From Candidatus Cloacimonadota bacterium (GTDB lineage Bacteria > Hydrothermota > E44-bin80), in assembly GCA_004375785.1 (NCBI GenBank), contig SOKM01000283.1, positions 1-14,524 on the forward strand: DNA of 14,524 bases. The letters run 5' to 3'. Below are positions 1-7,921 of this stretch, piece after piece (the first letter of the stretch is position 1; each line of letters opens with the position of its first letter). The position numbers and the translations under genes were made by a program. Below the pieces are notes generated by a model. That model was not told where the DNA came from. It worked only from the letters and a program-made list of their open reading frames with translations, and did not search any database.

Positions 1-13
1 AAACGAAAAAATA

Positions 14-3000
14 ATGAACATCAAAGAATTATTTGAAGATTTTCTTAAGGATGAACTTAGACTGGATGAGAAGCAGTTTGATGCTGTAATGGGAGATAAA
101 GAAAAGGACAAAACTGCATACAGGCTTCTGATTACCGCACCAGCAGGTTCAGGAAAGACAAGGGTTCTGGCGTCAAGATATCTGAAACTATTGGTTGACG
201 GAGAAAAACCTGAAAATATAATAGCCATAACATTTACACGGAAAGCAGCCGGTGAAATGAAGGAACGCATCGTAGATTACATTCTCAAATTGAGGGATAA
301 AGTTATACATAATAATCTCTCCTGTGATGTTTCTTTATCTCTAATAGACAGAGATAAACTCAATAGATTGATACTTGGAATGCGTATCTCAACTATAGAT
401 TCTTTTCTTTCAAAGATTATAAGGCTTTTCCCTGGTGAATCAGGGGTTGACCCCAATTTCAAAGTAATAGATGAAATAGAAGAGGAAGAATTAATAGACA
501 ATGTTATTGATGGGCTAATCGAAGAGAGGATGGAAAAGGATAGAAAAATTATAGACCTTCTGAGATTTTTCAATTTCATATATTCTCCCGTCGCATCGGG
601 TCAATTCTGTTTCTTAAACAGTATAAAGAAAATTATAAGCAACTGGGAAATGTATTGTGATACAATATTAAAATTGAGCCACACAAGCAAGGCGGAAATT
701 GCAAAAGGCATAAAAAGGTTCATTGGTGAAGAACTCAGTATTGTAAAAAGACTCAATGACCTTGAAAAAAAAGTAATGGAATTCAAAGGTATTTACCAAA
801 AAAAAACTAACGCTGTCAATGATTTTATAGATTTTATTTCCCACAATTCGATAGATACGATAAGGAATAACAAAGAGAAATTTATGAGTTACATTGACCT
901 CTTCTACACAAAAGATAAACATCTAAGGAAAAGACTCATTATAAAGCTCGAGGATTCCCATACCCAGAACATGTTCAGAGAGATTTCGCTCCTTTATGAG
1001 AGATGTATTCAGGCTTTTTTATTAGAAAAGGACATTGAGCACGGATACCTTTCCAAAAACTTTGTCGAGTTAATTACATCTATTATGGAAAGGTTAAAGA
1101 GAAGAAAGAAGGAACTTGGAGTTCTTGGAATAGGAGACCTGAAGACAGTAACATACGAACTTTTAACCAAACACAGGGAGAGATTCAACGTTCTTTACAA
1201 TATGGACGCGAGGGTTAATCATTATCTTATAGATGAATTTCAGGATACCGACCCAATCCAGTGGGATATATTTAGTGAACTCACAAGGGATTGGTTTTCA
1301 GGAGAGACAGCAAAACAGGAACTTAACATCATTCCTACAATCTTTCTTGTTGGTGATGAGAAACAATCCATATATAGTTTTAGAAATGCTGATGTGAGAA
1401 TCATGAACGACATAAAGGAAAAGGAAGACTTCTTTACAAAAACATTTTATCTTGTCAAAAATTATAGAAGTAAAAAAGAGATTGTTGAATCGGTAAATCT
1501 TCTTTTCAGAGAAAAGATGAAAAGGCTGAAAGATAGAGATTTTTCCGTAGGGTATGAAGAAATGATTCCAGATGATGTGAAAGGTGGAGGCACTGTAAAA
1601 ATAATTGAATGCTCTATAGAAGGAAGAAAGAATTCAAGGATTCCACAATTAGCTGAGAGTGTGGCAGGACTTATTCTCTCGCTAAACGAGAGATTCAAAT
1701 CCTGGGATAATATTGCTCTTCTTTTCAGAGATTCATTAAATTTTCATTTTTATGAAGAGATATTTGAGAAAAAAGGAATTCCTTATATCTCTTCAGGAGG
1801 GAAATCTTTCTTTGAAAATAGAGAAGTCAGGGAAATTATCAAGATACTCAATTTTCTTGAAAACCCCTATGACGATATTAACTTCTCTGCCCTATTCCTC
1901 TCCCCTATTTTCACCCATAGCCTGAGTGATTTATTAAGATTGGTTATGTGTGATTCTGTAAATGGAGCAGATTCAGATGAAGCATTATCCCTGTATGAGA
2001 AATTAGGACTAAACTTCATAGATGATTACAGGAAATTTTTTGATTTAACAAGAGATTGGCTTAATAAAAGAGATAAGATTTCATATTCACGTTTAATTGA
2101 AGAAATTATTATGGAAACAAATGCTTACGGAATTCTTGTTGATAGAAGGGGAGGACAGAAGGATGTAAATATAAAAAAAATTTTGCACCTCATTGAAAAC
2201 ATATCTCAGGAAAAAATGAATTACTCTTTCTTTTTCGATAGGTTAAACAGGGTAATAAAGGCAAGAGAGAAAAACGCAGACATTGATATTGGGATACCTT
2301 CTTTTGAAGAAGAGGAGACCGGTGCTCTTCACATTATGACAGTTCACAAAGCAAAAGGGCTCGAATTCTCAGTGGTTATAGTTCCTGAGGTTGATTCAGC
2401 AGTTATCAAAGGAAAAATAGAAGGAATATCTCTCGACAGAGACAATCCAATCCTGCTTTTTCTGAAGAAATATAATGAAATGGAAACTCCATTGCTAAAG
2501 AAATTTAAAGAACGTATGAAAGAGAGAGAAGAGGAAGAACTCAAAAGACTATTTTATGTAGCACTCACCAGAGCTAAGGAAGAGTTATACCTTTTTATAT
2601 CACAGAAAAAAAGGAATGACAGAAAGGTCTGGATGAACATAGTCTGCGATTCAAACCTTCCAAGAACAGATAAACTTGAAATGACATTAATAACCGAAAA
2701 GGAAAAGTTTTTATCACCTGCTCTAGAACATGCGGTTTACAGATTTACTGAGAAAAAGAAAAGAATTCCTCTGAGAAAGGAGACCACACCGAGCGAAAAG
2801 GAGATTGTTCTTTATAATATTGAGAATGAGAGAGCAAAAATCAAGGGAACTATCTTGCACAAACTTTTTGAATTTGCCGGGGCTGGAATGATAAAAAAAG
2901 AGAAAATGAAGAGGTTTTCAGAAACCGTGCGAAAAATTGCAAATCAGGTAGATGACCAATTCATCTCTAATGATAATTTTCTTGATGGGATAGAGAAAGA

Positions 3001-3346
3001 ATTTTCAAGGGTTATGGGGAATGAAGAAATTATGAAAGTAATTACAAATGAGCATAGTTTAACTGAGTTTTCCTATTCACTTGAGAGAGAAAACGAGAAC
3101 GGTGAAACTGAAATCGTATCCGGTATAATGGATAAGGTTCTTTTTGATGGAGACGAAGTCAGTGTATATGACTTCAAGACAGATTCATTGGGAGGAATGA
3201 CAAAAAAAGAATTTATTGATGAAGCGAAAAAGAAATATAAGAAACAGATGGAGGCTTACAGATATGCTGCACAGAAGCTCTTTGAAAAAGAAAATGTAAG
3301 AATTTTTCTCATTCTAACCTCAATTCTTGAAATCATAGAAGTATAA
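14..3346 (+). CDS. addA: ATP-dependent helicase/nuclease, UvrD/PcrA-family helicase core with C-terminal PD-(D/E)xK (RecB-family) nuclease domain; AddA/RecB-like
   Basis: Walker A 'ITAPAGSGKT', motif Ia 'ITFTRKAAGEM', motif III-like 'VGDEKQSIYSFRNAD', motif V/VI 'VHKAKGLEF' and 'YVALTRAKEELYL'. C-terminus carries a RecB-type nuclease signature: 'GIMDKVLFDGDEVSVYDFKTD' then 'QMEAYRYAAQ'. Length 1110 aa. No Shine-Dalgarno is visible and the gene starts at the window edge, so a partner gene (addB/recC) may lie upstream outside the window. Confidence 0.85.
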   Translation: MNIKELFEDFLKDELRLDEKQFDAVMGDKEKDKTAYRLLITAPAGSGKTRVLASRYLKLLVDGEKPENIIAITFTRKAAGEMKERIVDYILKLRDKVIHNNLSCDVSLSLIDRDKLNRLILGMRISTIDSFLSKIIRLFPGESGVDPNFKVIDEIEEEELIDNVIDGLIEERMEKDRKIIDLLRFFNFIYSPVASGQFCFLNSIKKIISNWEMYCDTILKLSHTSKAEIAKGIKRFIGEELSIVKRLNDLEKKVMEFKGIYQKKTNAVNDFIDFISHNSIDTIRNNKEKFMSYIDLFYTKDKHLRKRLIIKLEDSHTQNMFREISLLYERCIQAFLLEKDIEHGYLSKNFVELITSIMERLKRRKKELGVLGIGDLKTVTYELLTKHRERFNVLYNMDARVNHYLIDEFQDTDPIQWDIFSELTRDWFSGETAKQELNIIPTIFLVGDEKQSIYSFRNADVRIMNDIKEKEDFFTKTFYLVKNYRSKKEIVESVNLLFREKMKRLKDRDFSVGYEEMIPDDVKGGGTVKIIECSIEGRKNSRIPQLAESVAGLILSLNERFKSWDNIALLFRDSLNFHFYEEIFEKKGIPYISSGGKSFFENREVREIIKILNFLENPYDDINFSALFLSPIFTHSLSDLLRLVMCDSVNGADSDEALSLYEKLGLNFIDDYRKFFDLTRDWLNKRDKISYSRLIEEIIMETNAYGILVDRRGGQKDVNIKKILHLIENISQEKMNYSFFFDRLNRVIKAREKNADIDIGIPSFEEEETGALHIMTVHKAKGLEFSVVIVPEVDSAVIKGKIEGISLDRDNPILLFLKKYNEMETPLLKKFKERMKEREEEELKRLFYVALTRAKEELYLFISQKKRNDRKVWMNIVCDSNLPRTDKLEMTLITEKEKFLSPALEHAVYRFTEKKKRIPLRKETTPSEKEIVLYNIENERAKIKGTILHKLFEFAGAGMIKKEKMKRFSETVRKIANQVDDQFISNDNFLDGIEKEFSRVMGNEEIMKVITNEHSLTEFSYSLERENENGETEIVSGIMDKVLFDGDEVSVYDFKTDSLGGMTKKEFIDEAKKKYKKQMEAYRYAAQKLFEKENVRIFLILTSILEIIEV

Positions 3347-3373
3347 AATTTTTCAGAAATCTAAAAAAATACT

Positions 3374-3402
3374 TTGACAAAATTTGAAATTTATGATATA
3401 AA
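3374..3402 (+). promoter_or_regulatory. sigma70-type promoter: -35 TTGACA (3374-3379), 17-bp spacer, -10 TATAAA (3397-3402). Further -10-like hexamers at TATAAT 3405-3410 and in the direct repeat ATATAAACCT (3396-3405, 3415-3424).
   Basis: Consensus -35, 17-nt spacing and a 5/6 -10, lying 50-75 nt upstream of the strong RBS GGAGAGGAGGTG (3432-3443) and ATG 3450. Confidence 0.55.
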
Positions 3403-3449
3403 CCTATAATATTAATATAAACCTTAAACTATGGAGAGGAGGTGAAAAA

Positions 3450-3845
3450 ATGCCTGGTGGAATAAAAGCAGTGAAACTAATTTTCACAATACTTGCATGG
3501 TTAGCCCTTATCGGTGGCATCCTTGTAGGAGTCATAATGATGTTTGCAGGAGGAGCAGTAGGAGCATCTGGTGAAGAAGGGGCAGCAGGAGGATTTGCAG
3601 TGTTTGCTGGGATGGGTTTGTTTTACATCATCTTTGGAATTGTTATTTTTATCCTCTATTTTATGACAGCAAAAGGTGTGGCAAACAAAAAGAATTATGG
3701 TAAGATTCTGGCTATCATTTTTGGTATCCTAATGCTGCCGAGTATCCCTATCGGAACAATTCTTGGAATAGTTATCCTCTTAAATATTTTCAACGAACAG
3801 GGCAAAGCTTGGTTCGCAGGTACTGCTACAACAACTACACAATAA
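3450..3845 (+). CDS. small glycine-rich integral membrane protein (about 3 TM helices), function unknown
   Basis: Strong RBS. Three long hydrophobic segments separated by a Gly/Ala-rich stretch (GAVGASGEEGAAGG). Own promoter and own rho-independent terminator. Confidence 0.6.
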   Translation: MPGGIKAVKLIFTILAWLALIGGILVGVIMMFAGGAVGASGEEGAAGGFAVFAGMGLFYIIFGIVIFILYFMTAKGVANKKNYGKILAIIFGILMLPSIPIGTILGIVILLNIFNEQGKAWFAGTATTTTQ

Positions 3846-3874
3846 AAAGCTACAAGTTTTTAGAAATAGATAAA

Positions 3875-3907
3875 AGGGGGGCATTGTGATGCTCCCCTTT
3901 TTTTCTC
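3875..3907 (+). terminator. rho-independent terminator: stem AGGGGGGCAT / ATGCTCCCCT (1 mismatch), loop TGTG, followed by TTTTTTT
   Basis: GC-rich hairpin 3875-3898 immediately followed by a T7 run, about 30 nt after the stop at 3845. Confidence 0.75.
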
Positions 3908-3909
3908 CC

Positions 3910-3942
3910 ATCTGTGTAATCTGCTTTTTAATCTGTGTAATC
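3910..3942 (+). promoter_or_regulatory. 12-bp perfect direct repeat ATCTGTGTAATC (3910-3921 and 3931-3942), 21 bp centre to centre, just upstream of the RBS of the 3960 gene
   Basis: The exact 12-mer occurs twice, about two helical turns apart, between a terminator and the next RBS (AGGAGG 3948-3953). Candidate regulator-binding site or promoter element. Confidence 0.35.
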
Positions 3943-3959
3943 CGTTACAGGAGGCTTAA

Positions 3960-4619
3960 ATGGGTAATGAAGCTGTTGAAAAAAATCCAGGAGAAATGGA
4001 ATCACAATCACAGACAGTAAAAGCAAAAACTTCAGGATTAGCGATTGCAGGTTTCGTCTGTGGCTTAATCGGCTTTATACTACCATTCCCTTTCATTTTT
4101 CTTGGACCTGTCGCAATAATTCTTAGTATTATTGCATTGGTACAAATCAACAAAAATGAAAATGTAAAAGGATTGGGTTTTGGAATAGCTGGATTAATAC
4201 TTGGCTGTATATCCTTCCTTATGATACCTATCCTTGCAGCAATTGCAATTCCCAATTTTATTTCGATGCGGATAAGAGCTAAGGAAGCTTCCGTTAAATC
4301 CGATATGCATGTGGTGCAGTTGTGTATGGAAGATTGGTCCACGATGGCAGACTGGAGGTATCCTACATCTATAAATGATAGGACACCAACTGGAACTATC
4401 TTCTCTGAACTACTTCCGGGAAATATGGCAAACCCTTTCACAAACGAACCTCTTAATATAAGATTTATGGATGTATCAGAACCCTTTCCTTCAGAGTATG
4501 ACGAAATCAGTATCATGCCAGGTGATATCTACATCTTTTGTGATGAAATAGATTATACTATTCTGGCTGGCGGGAGAAATGGAAAATCCCTTGAATTACA
4601 TCTTACTTCAGGCTATTAG
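3960..4619 (+). CDS. membrane protein: N-terminal DUF4190-like double-TM domain fused to a type IV pilin/pseudopilin-like helix ('LAAIAIPNFISMRIRAKEASVKSD') and a C-terminal globular domain
   Basis: RBS AGGAGG and ATG 3960. 'GLAIAGFVCGLIGFIL...AIILSIIALVQINKNEN..GLGFGIAGLILGCISFL' matches the DUF4190 pattern. It is followed by a pilin-like N-terminal helix that lacks the G|F(T)LIE prepilin cleavage/methylation site. Confidence 0.55.
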   Translation: MGNEAVEKNPGEMESQSQTVKAKTSGLAIAGFVCGLIGFILPFPFIFLGPVAIILSIIALVQINKNENVKGLGFGIAGLILGCISFLMIPILAAIAIPNFISMRIRAKEASVKSDMHVVQLCMEDWSTMADWRYPTSINDRTPTGTIFSELLPGNMANPFTNEPLNIRFMDVSEPFPSEYDEISIMPGDIYIFCDEIDYTILAGGRNGKSLELHLTSGY

Positions 4620-4660
4620 TCTAATATTACAACCAAGAGAGGCTGTGCCAAAATGTCAAT

Positions 4661-4744
4661 TTATGCAAGGTAGCCGCAACCTTTAGGTTGCGTAATTTAT
4701 TGTACAATGAGACGTTATGTTCGCAGGCTAAAGCCTGCGCCTAC
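4661..4744. repeat. about 85-bp GC-rich multi-hairpin intergenic element. Contains hairpin CGCAACC-TTTA-GGTTGCG (4675-4692) and hairpin CGCAGGCT-AA-AGCCTGCG (4722-4739). It is the inverted copy of the element at 14366-14447.
   Basis: Core 4669-4697 equals the reverse complement of 14412-14440 (29/29). Flanks are about 80% identical over another roughly 50 bp. Confidence 0.8.
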
Positions 4745-4755
4745 CACATAAAAAA

Positions 4756-5415
4756 ATGCCGGAACTTCCAGAACTTGAGGTAATAAAAAATATTTTAGCA
4801 AAAGATATTACGGGAAAAGAAATTTGTTGTCCTGTTTTCACAAAACCTTACATACTAAAAGGTTTTTTTAATGGATATGGAAAATTCTTTCCCTCACGAA
4901 TAGAAAAAATCGAGAGAAAAGGGAAATATCTGCTTTTTCATCTAACAAACAAAGTTATTATAGTAATTCACCTGAGCCCCTCTTTTACAGAAAGTTACCT
5001 GAAGGCTCAACTCCTTAAAGAAAGAAAACAACTTAAAATATTCCTGAAAGACCAAAACAAAATTGCTGGAATCGGCAACGCATATGCTAACGAGATATTA
5101 TGGGACGCACAATTATCACCTTTTAAGTCTTCAGATTCACTTACAGCTCGAGATGTGAAGAAACTTTTTAGCTCCATAAGAAAGGTTTTAAGAAACGGGA
5201 TAAAGGAGATAGAGAAACGGGTGAGAGGAAAACTTTTTATCAAGGAACCAAGAGATTTTATGATAGTCCATAATAAAAAGGATGCCCCTTGTCCAGGATG
5301 TGAAAACAAAATTGAATGGGTTTATTCAAAAAAGAACACAACTTACTATTGCCCCCATTGTCAGACAAAAGGGAAAATTTATAAAGATAGGAGATTATCA
5401 AGGTTTCTGAAATAG
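4756..5415 (+). CDS. Fpg/Nei-family DNA glycosylase/AP lyase (formamidopyrimidine-DNA glycosylase / endonuclease VIII-like), compact 219-aa form
   Basis: N-terminal catalytic 'MPELPELE' (Pro2/Glu3). H2TH motif 'GIGNAYANEILWDAQLSP'. C-terminal CxxC...CxxC zinc finger 'CPGCENKIEWVYSKKNTTYYCPHCQ'. Confidence 0.8.
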   Translation: MPELPELEVIKNILAKDITGKEICCPVFTKPYILKGFFNGYGKFFPSRIEKIERKGKYLLFHLTNKVIIVIHLSPSFTESYLKAQLLKERKQLKIFLKDQNKIAGIGNAYANEILWDAQLSPFKSSDSLTARDVKKLFSSIRKVLRNGIKEIEKRVRGKLFIKEPRDFMIVHNKKDAPCPGCENKIEWVYSKKNTTYYCPHCQTKGKIYKDRRLSRFLK

Positions 5416-5507
5416 AATCTAATTTCAGGTAGAGAGAAACAAGCCTTCCTTGTGTCAGTCCAAGGTTTCGCTACTCCATTCTGAAACCTAATAACAACTT
5501 GAAGCGA

Positions 5508-5536
5508 TTTAACAGGTGAGGCTTCCAGCCTCACAA
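5508..5536. repeat. 29-bp element TTTAACAG-GTGAGGCT-TCC-AGCCTCAC-AA (8-bp stem hairpin). Exact inverted copy at 10004-10032.
   Basis: Reverse complement of 10004-10032 is identical (29/29). Confidence 0.85.
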
Positions 5537-5544
5537 ACCGCTTT

Positions 5545-5573
5545 GGTAAGGCAAGATGCCTTACCTGTTTTGG
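5545..5573 (+). terminator. rho-independent terminator: stem GGTAAGGCA / TGCCTTACC, loop AGA, then TGTTTTGG
   Basis: Perfect 9-bp stem followed by a T-rich tract, downstream of the fpg/nei stop. Confidence 0.6.
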
Positions 5574-5604
5574 ATTGTATGTGCAAATCTTTGGGTAATT
5601 TTGC

Positions 5605-5633
5605 TTGACAAAATTAAAAAAATCTGATAGTAA
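5605..5633 (+). promoter_or_regulatory. putative sigma70 promoter of the 5-gene operon: -35 TTGACA (5605-5610), 17-bp spacer, -10 TAGTAA(T) (5628-5634)
   Basis: Perfect -35 and an A/T-rich spacer. The -10 is a weak match. Lies about 25 nt upstream of the strong RBS AGGAGG (5651-5656). Confidence 0.35.
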
Positions 5634-5660
5634 TAGAAAAAATAAAAAGAAGGAGGTCAA

Positions 5661-6176
5661 ATGGGAGATATAGGAAAGGGTTTGAGGAATCTTTTGGAGA
5701 AGATAGTATATCATATTCCCGGGTATGCAGGTTATCAAAAAAGAGAGAGAAGAAGGGAAACAGACCATCTTTACAGAATGTATCTCGTGGATAAACTAAG
5801 AGCGATAAAAAGGGGATTTGATGAGGTCTCAACTAAAATAACTGATATGGGAAACCTTGATCTGCTTAAACCTGTTGACAGAATTTATAAAAAATTGGAA
5901 AAGATAACTGACAAGGTAAGGTTTGCAGATCATGGGTATAAAGGTTTCTTTGATGTTGTTTCTGTAGATTTTCCTGAACTGGAAAAACTGTACAATTTCG
6001 ATCTGTCCCTGAACCAGGATATAATAGCATTAAAAGAAAAGGTTGATATTCTAACAAAAGCCCTTGATTCTGATACTCTCTTACCACACCTTGAAGGATT
6101 TATGAAATCAATTGATGAATTTAATGAAAAGATTGCTTCAAGGGATGAGTGTATAACAGGAATAAGTGGAGGATAG
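5661..6176 (+). CDS. hypothetical 171-aa soluble, predicted all-alpha-helical/coiled-coil protein. First gene of the operon and translationally linked to the SPFH gene.
   Basis: Strong RBS. No TM segment. Charged heptad-like sequence. Its stop (6174-6176) lies 4 nt before the ATG of the next gene, inside that gene's RBS. Confidence 0.5.
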   Translation: MGDIGKGLRNLLEKIVYHIPGYAGYQKRERRRETDHLYRMYLVDKLRAIKRGFDEVSTKITDMGNLDLLKPVDRIYKKLEKITDKVRFADHGYKGFFDVVSVDFPELEKLYNFDLSLNQDIIALKEKVDILTKALDSDTLLPHLEGFMKSIDEFNEKIASRDECITGISGG

Positions 6177-6180
6177 TATT

Positions 6181-7347
6181 ATGGCAAAATTTTTTGAAGT
6201 AATTGAATATTTTGATGAAACAGGCGAAGAAATGGTGCACCGGATTCCGGAAACCGGTTCTGGAGAGACACAGCTCGGAAGTCAACTGGTAGTGAGAGAA
6301 AGCCAGTTTGCTGTGTTCTTCAGGGACGGGAAAGCACTCGACTCATTTGGTCCTGGAAGACACACCCTGACCACTCTTAATCTGCCGGGGATTAGGAGGG
6401 TAATTGGCGCTGCTTTCGACGGCAAGAGTCCTTTCAGGGTTGAGGTATATTATGTTAATGGAAAGGTTTTTACAAACTCGAAATGGGGAACTCAGGAACC
6501 CATTCCATTCAGGGATACTGAATTGCATATGGTCAGGTTGCGTGCATTCGGAACATACAGTGAGCGAGTGATTGAACCACAGCTCTTCATAAATAAGATT
6601 GTTGGGACACAGGGAGTTTTTAGAAGGAATGAGATAGAAGATTTTCTGAGAACCATTATCATCGCCCGTCTAACGGATTTTCTTGGTGAAAATCTGAAAA
6701 GTATTTTTGACCTACCACAGCATTATGATGAGGTTTCTGCAGGGACAAAAGCAAGGGTTCAGGATGATTTCTCAAAGTATGGTATGGAGCTGGTTGATTT
6801 TTATATCAATGCTATTACACCCCCGCAGGATGTTCAGAAGATGATTGATGCGCGTTCAGGTATGGGTGCAGTTGGTGACCTTGGAAAGTTTACACAATTC
6901 TCAGCAGCCAGAGCCCTGAGGGATGCAGCAAGCCAGGCTGGAGGAGAAGGTGGTGGTGCAGGAACAGCAGGTGCAGGCCTTGGACTCGGTGCAGGACTTG
7001 GCATGGGTATGATGATGCCAGGAATGATAAGCCAGGCATATGGACAAACCGGTGGACCACAGATAAAATGCCCTAAATGCGGGGGTTTAAACCCTGCTAC
7101 TTCAAAATTCTGCAGTGGATGTGGAGAAAAACTTGAGATGGAAACGATAAACTGTCCTAAATGCAAGCAATCTATTCCAAAAAGGAGTAAATTCTGTCCA
7201 AACTGCGGGTCTTCGCTCGCACCCAAAATGATAAAGTGCTCAAAGTGTGGAACAGATGCTCCAGATGGAACAAAATTCTGCCCTGACTGTGGGAATAATC
7301 TTGTCACCCCGGAAAAACCAAAAGAGGAGCCTAAAAAAGAAGGTTAG
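6181..7347 (+). CDS. SPFH/band-7 domain protein (COG4260 / YdjI-like 'virion core protein' family) fused via a Gly/Met-rich linker to three tandem zinc-ribbon modules
   Basis: N-terminal 'FEVIEYFDETGEEMVHRIPETGSGETQLGSQLVVRESQFAVFFRDGKALDSFGPGRHTL' is typical of COG4260 SPFH proteins. C-terminus carries three CxxC-(9-12)-CxxC units: CPKCG..CSGCG, CPKCK..CPNCG and CSKCG..CPDCG. The ORF track starts at GTG 6166; ATG 6181 with RBS GGAGGA 6168-6173 is preferred. Confidence 0.7.
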   Translation: MAKFFEVIEYFDETGEEMVHRIPETGSGETQLGSQLVVRESQFAVFFRDGKALDSFGPGRHTLTTLNLPGIRRVIGAAFDGKSPFRVEVYYVNGKVFTNSKWGTQEPIPFRDTELHMVRLRAFGTYSERVIEPQLFINKIVGTQGVFRRNEIEDFLRTIIIARLTDFLGENLKSIFDLPQHYDEVSAGTKARVQDDFSKYGMELVDFYINAITPPQDVQKMIDARSGMGAVGDLGKFTQFSAARALRDAASQAGGEGGGAGTAGAGLGLGAGLGMGMMMPGMISQAYGQTGGPQIKCPKCGGLNPATSKFCSGCGEKLEMETINCPKCKQSIPKRSKFCPNCGSSLAPKMIKCSKCGTDAPDGTKFCPDCGNNLVTPEKPKEEPKKEG

Positions 7348-7369
7348 AAGAGCGTCATTACGATTGAAA

Positions 7370-7921
7370 ATGTTAGAAATTATATCTAAATATCCTCAAA
7401 AAGAGCGGATTAAAGGATTTCTGTTAATTTTAACCTTTCTATTTCTTTTAATTCCACCTCTTTTTGCTCTTAATTTCAATGGTAATACCGGATTCTCTAT
7501 CCCAATTGGAAATTGGGCTACCTATCATAATTCTGGTCCCTTCATATCTTTTGGCTCTGATTTGCTCAAAAAAGATTTTTTAACCTGTGGTTTCTCTTTT
7601 GATATATCATCATTCTCCGTGAAACTTAATGAAAGTTATTATCTACAGATTTTCTCCCCCGGAGCAGGTATAAAATTTTATCCCCTCTTTTTTATGAAAA
7701 GTTATAATCTTTTTTTAAATAGCACGCTATCATACAGTTTTATGGAAAAGAGGTTACACAACTCAGTAGAAAAGGGAAGGGATTTTAGCATTTTGACTCT
7801 TATAGGTGCAGAATTTAAGGTAAGTGATAATTGGCTTATTTCCTCTTTCTGCGGTGAGAAGCATTTTACAGGCGGAATAGATATGTTAATTCTGGGCGTT
7901 GGACTGGAGTTTAAGAAATGA
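7370..7921 (+). CDS. putative outer-membrane beta-barrel (8-strand OmpW/OMP_b-brl-like) protein with signal peptide
   Basis: Signal peptide 'KGFLLILTFLFLLIPPLFA' followed by alternating hydrophobic/polar beta-strand patterns (GFSFDISSFSV, YYLQIFSPGAGIKFY, FSILTLIGAEFKV, DMLILGVGLEFKK). Start at ATG 7370 is chosen because the listed ORF from 7247 overlaps the previous gene by 100 nt. Confidence 0.4.
   Translation: MLEIISKYPQKERIKGFLLILTFLFLLIPPLFALNFNGNTGFSIPIGNWATYHNSGPFISFGSDLLKKDFLTCGFSFDISSFSVKLNESYYLQIFSPGAGIKFYPLFFMKSYNLFLNSTLSYSFMEKRLHNSVEKGRDFSILTLIGAEFKVSDNWLISSFCGEKHFTGGIDMLILGVGLEFKK

Noticed and set aside
3956-4516. 186-aa minus-strand ORF fully overlapping the DUF4190/pilin-like gene
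   Set aside because: It is antisense to a gene with strong RBS and start context. It has no RBS or promoter of its own and a low-complexity composition, so it is likely a spurious shadow ORF.
5416-5560. tRNA or other small structured RNA in the 245-bp fpg to operon gap
   Set aside because: No T-loop (GTTCRANYC) or D-loop consensus, and no cloverleaf can be drawn. The hairpins are better explained as REP-like elements plus a terminator.
6834-7307. 157-aa minus-strand Pro/Ala-rich ORF
   Set aside because: It is the antisense translation of the GGN-rich glycine linker and zinc-ribbon region of the SPFH gene. Compositional artefact.
7247-7369. Upstream extension of the OMP-like ORF (start at 7247) overlapping the SPFH gene by 100 nt
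   Set aside because: The overlap lies in a different frame from the well-supported zinc-ribbon coding region. The in-frame ATG at 7370, just after the SPFH stop, gives a normal signal peptide at the N-terminus.
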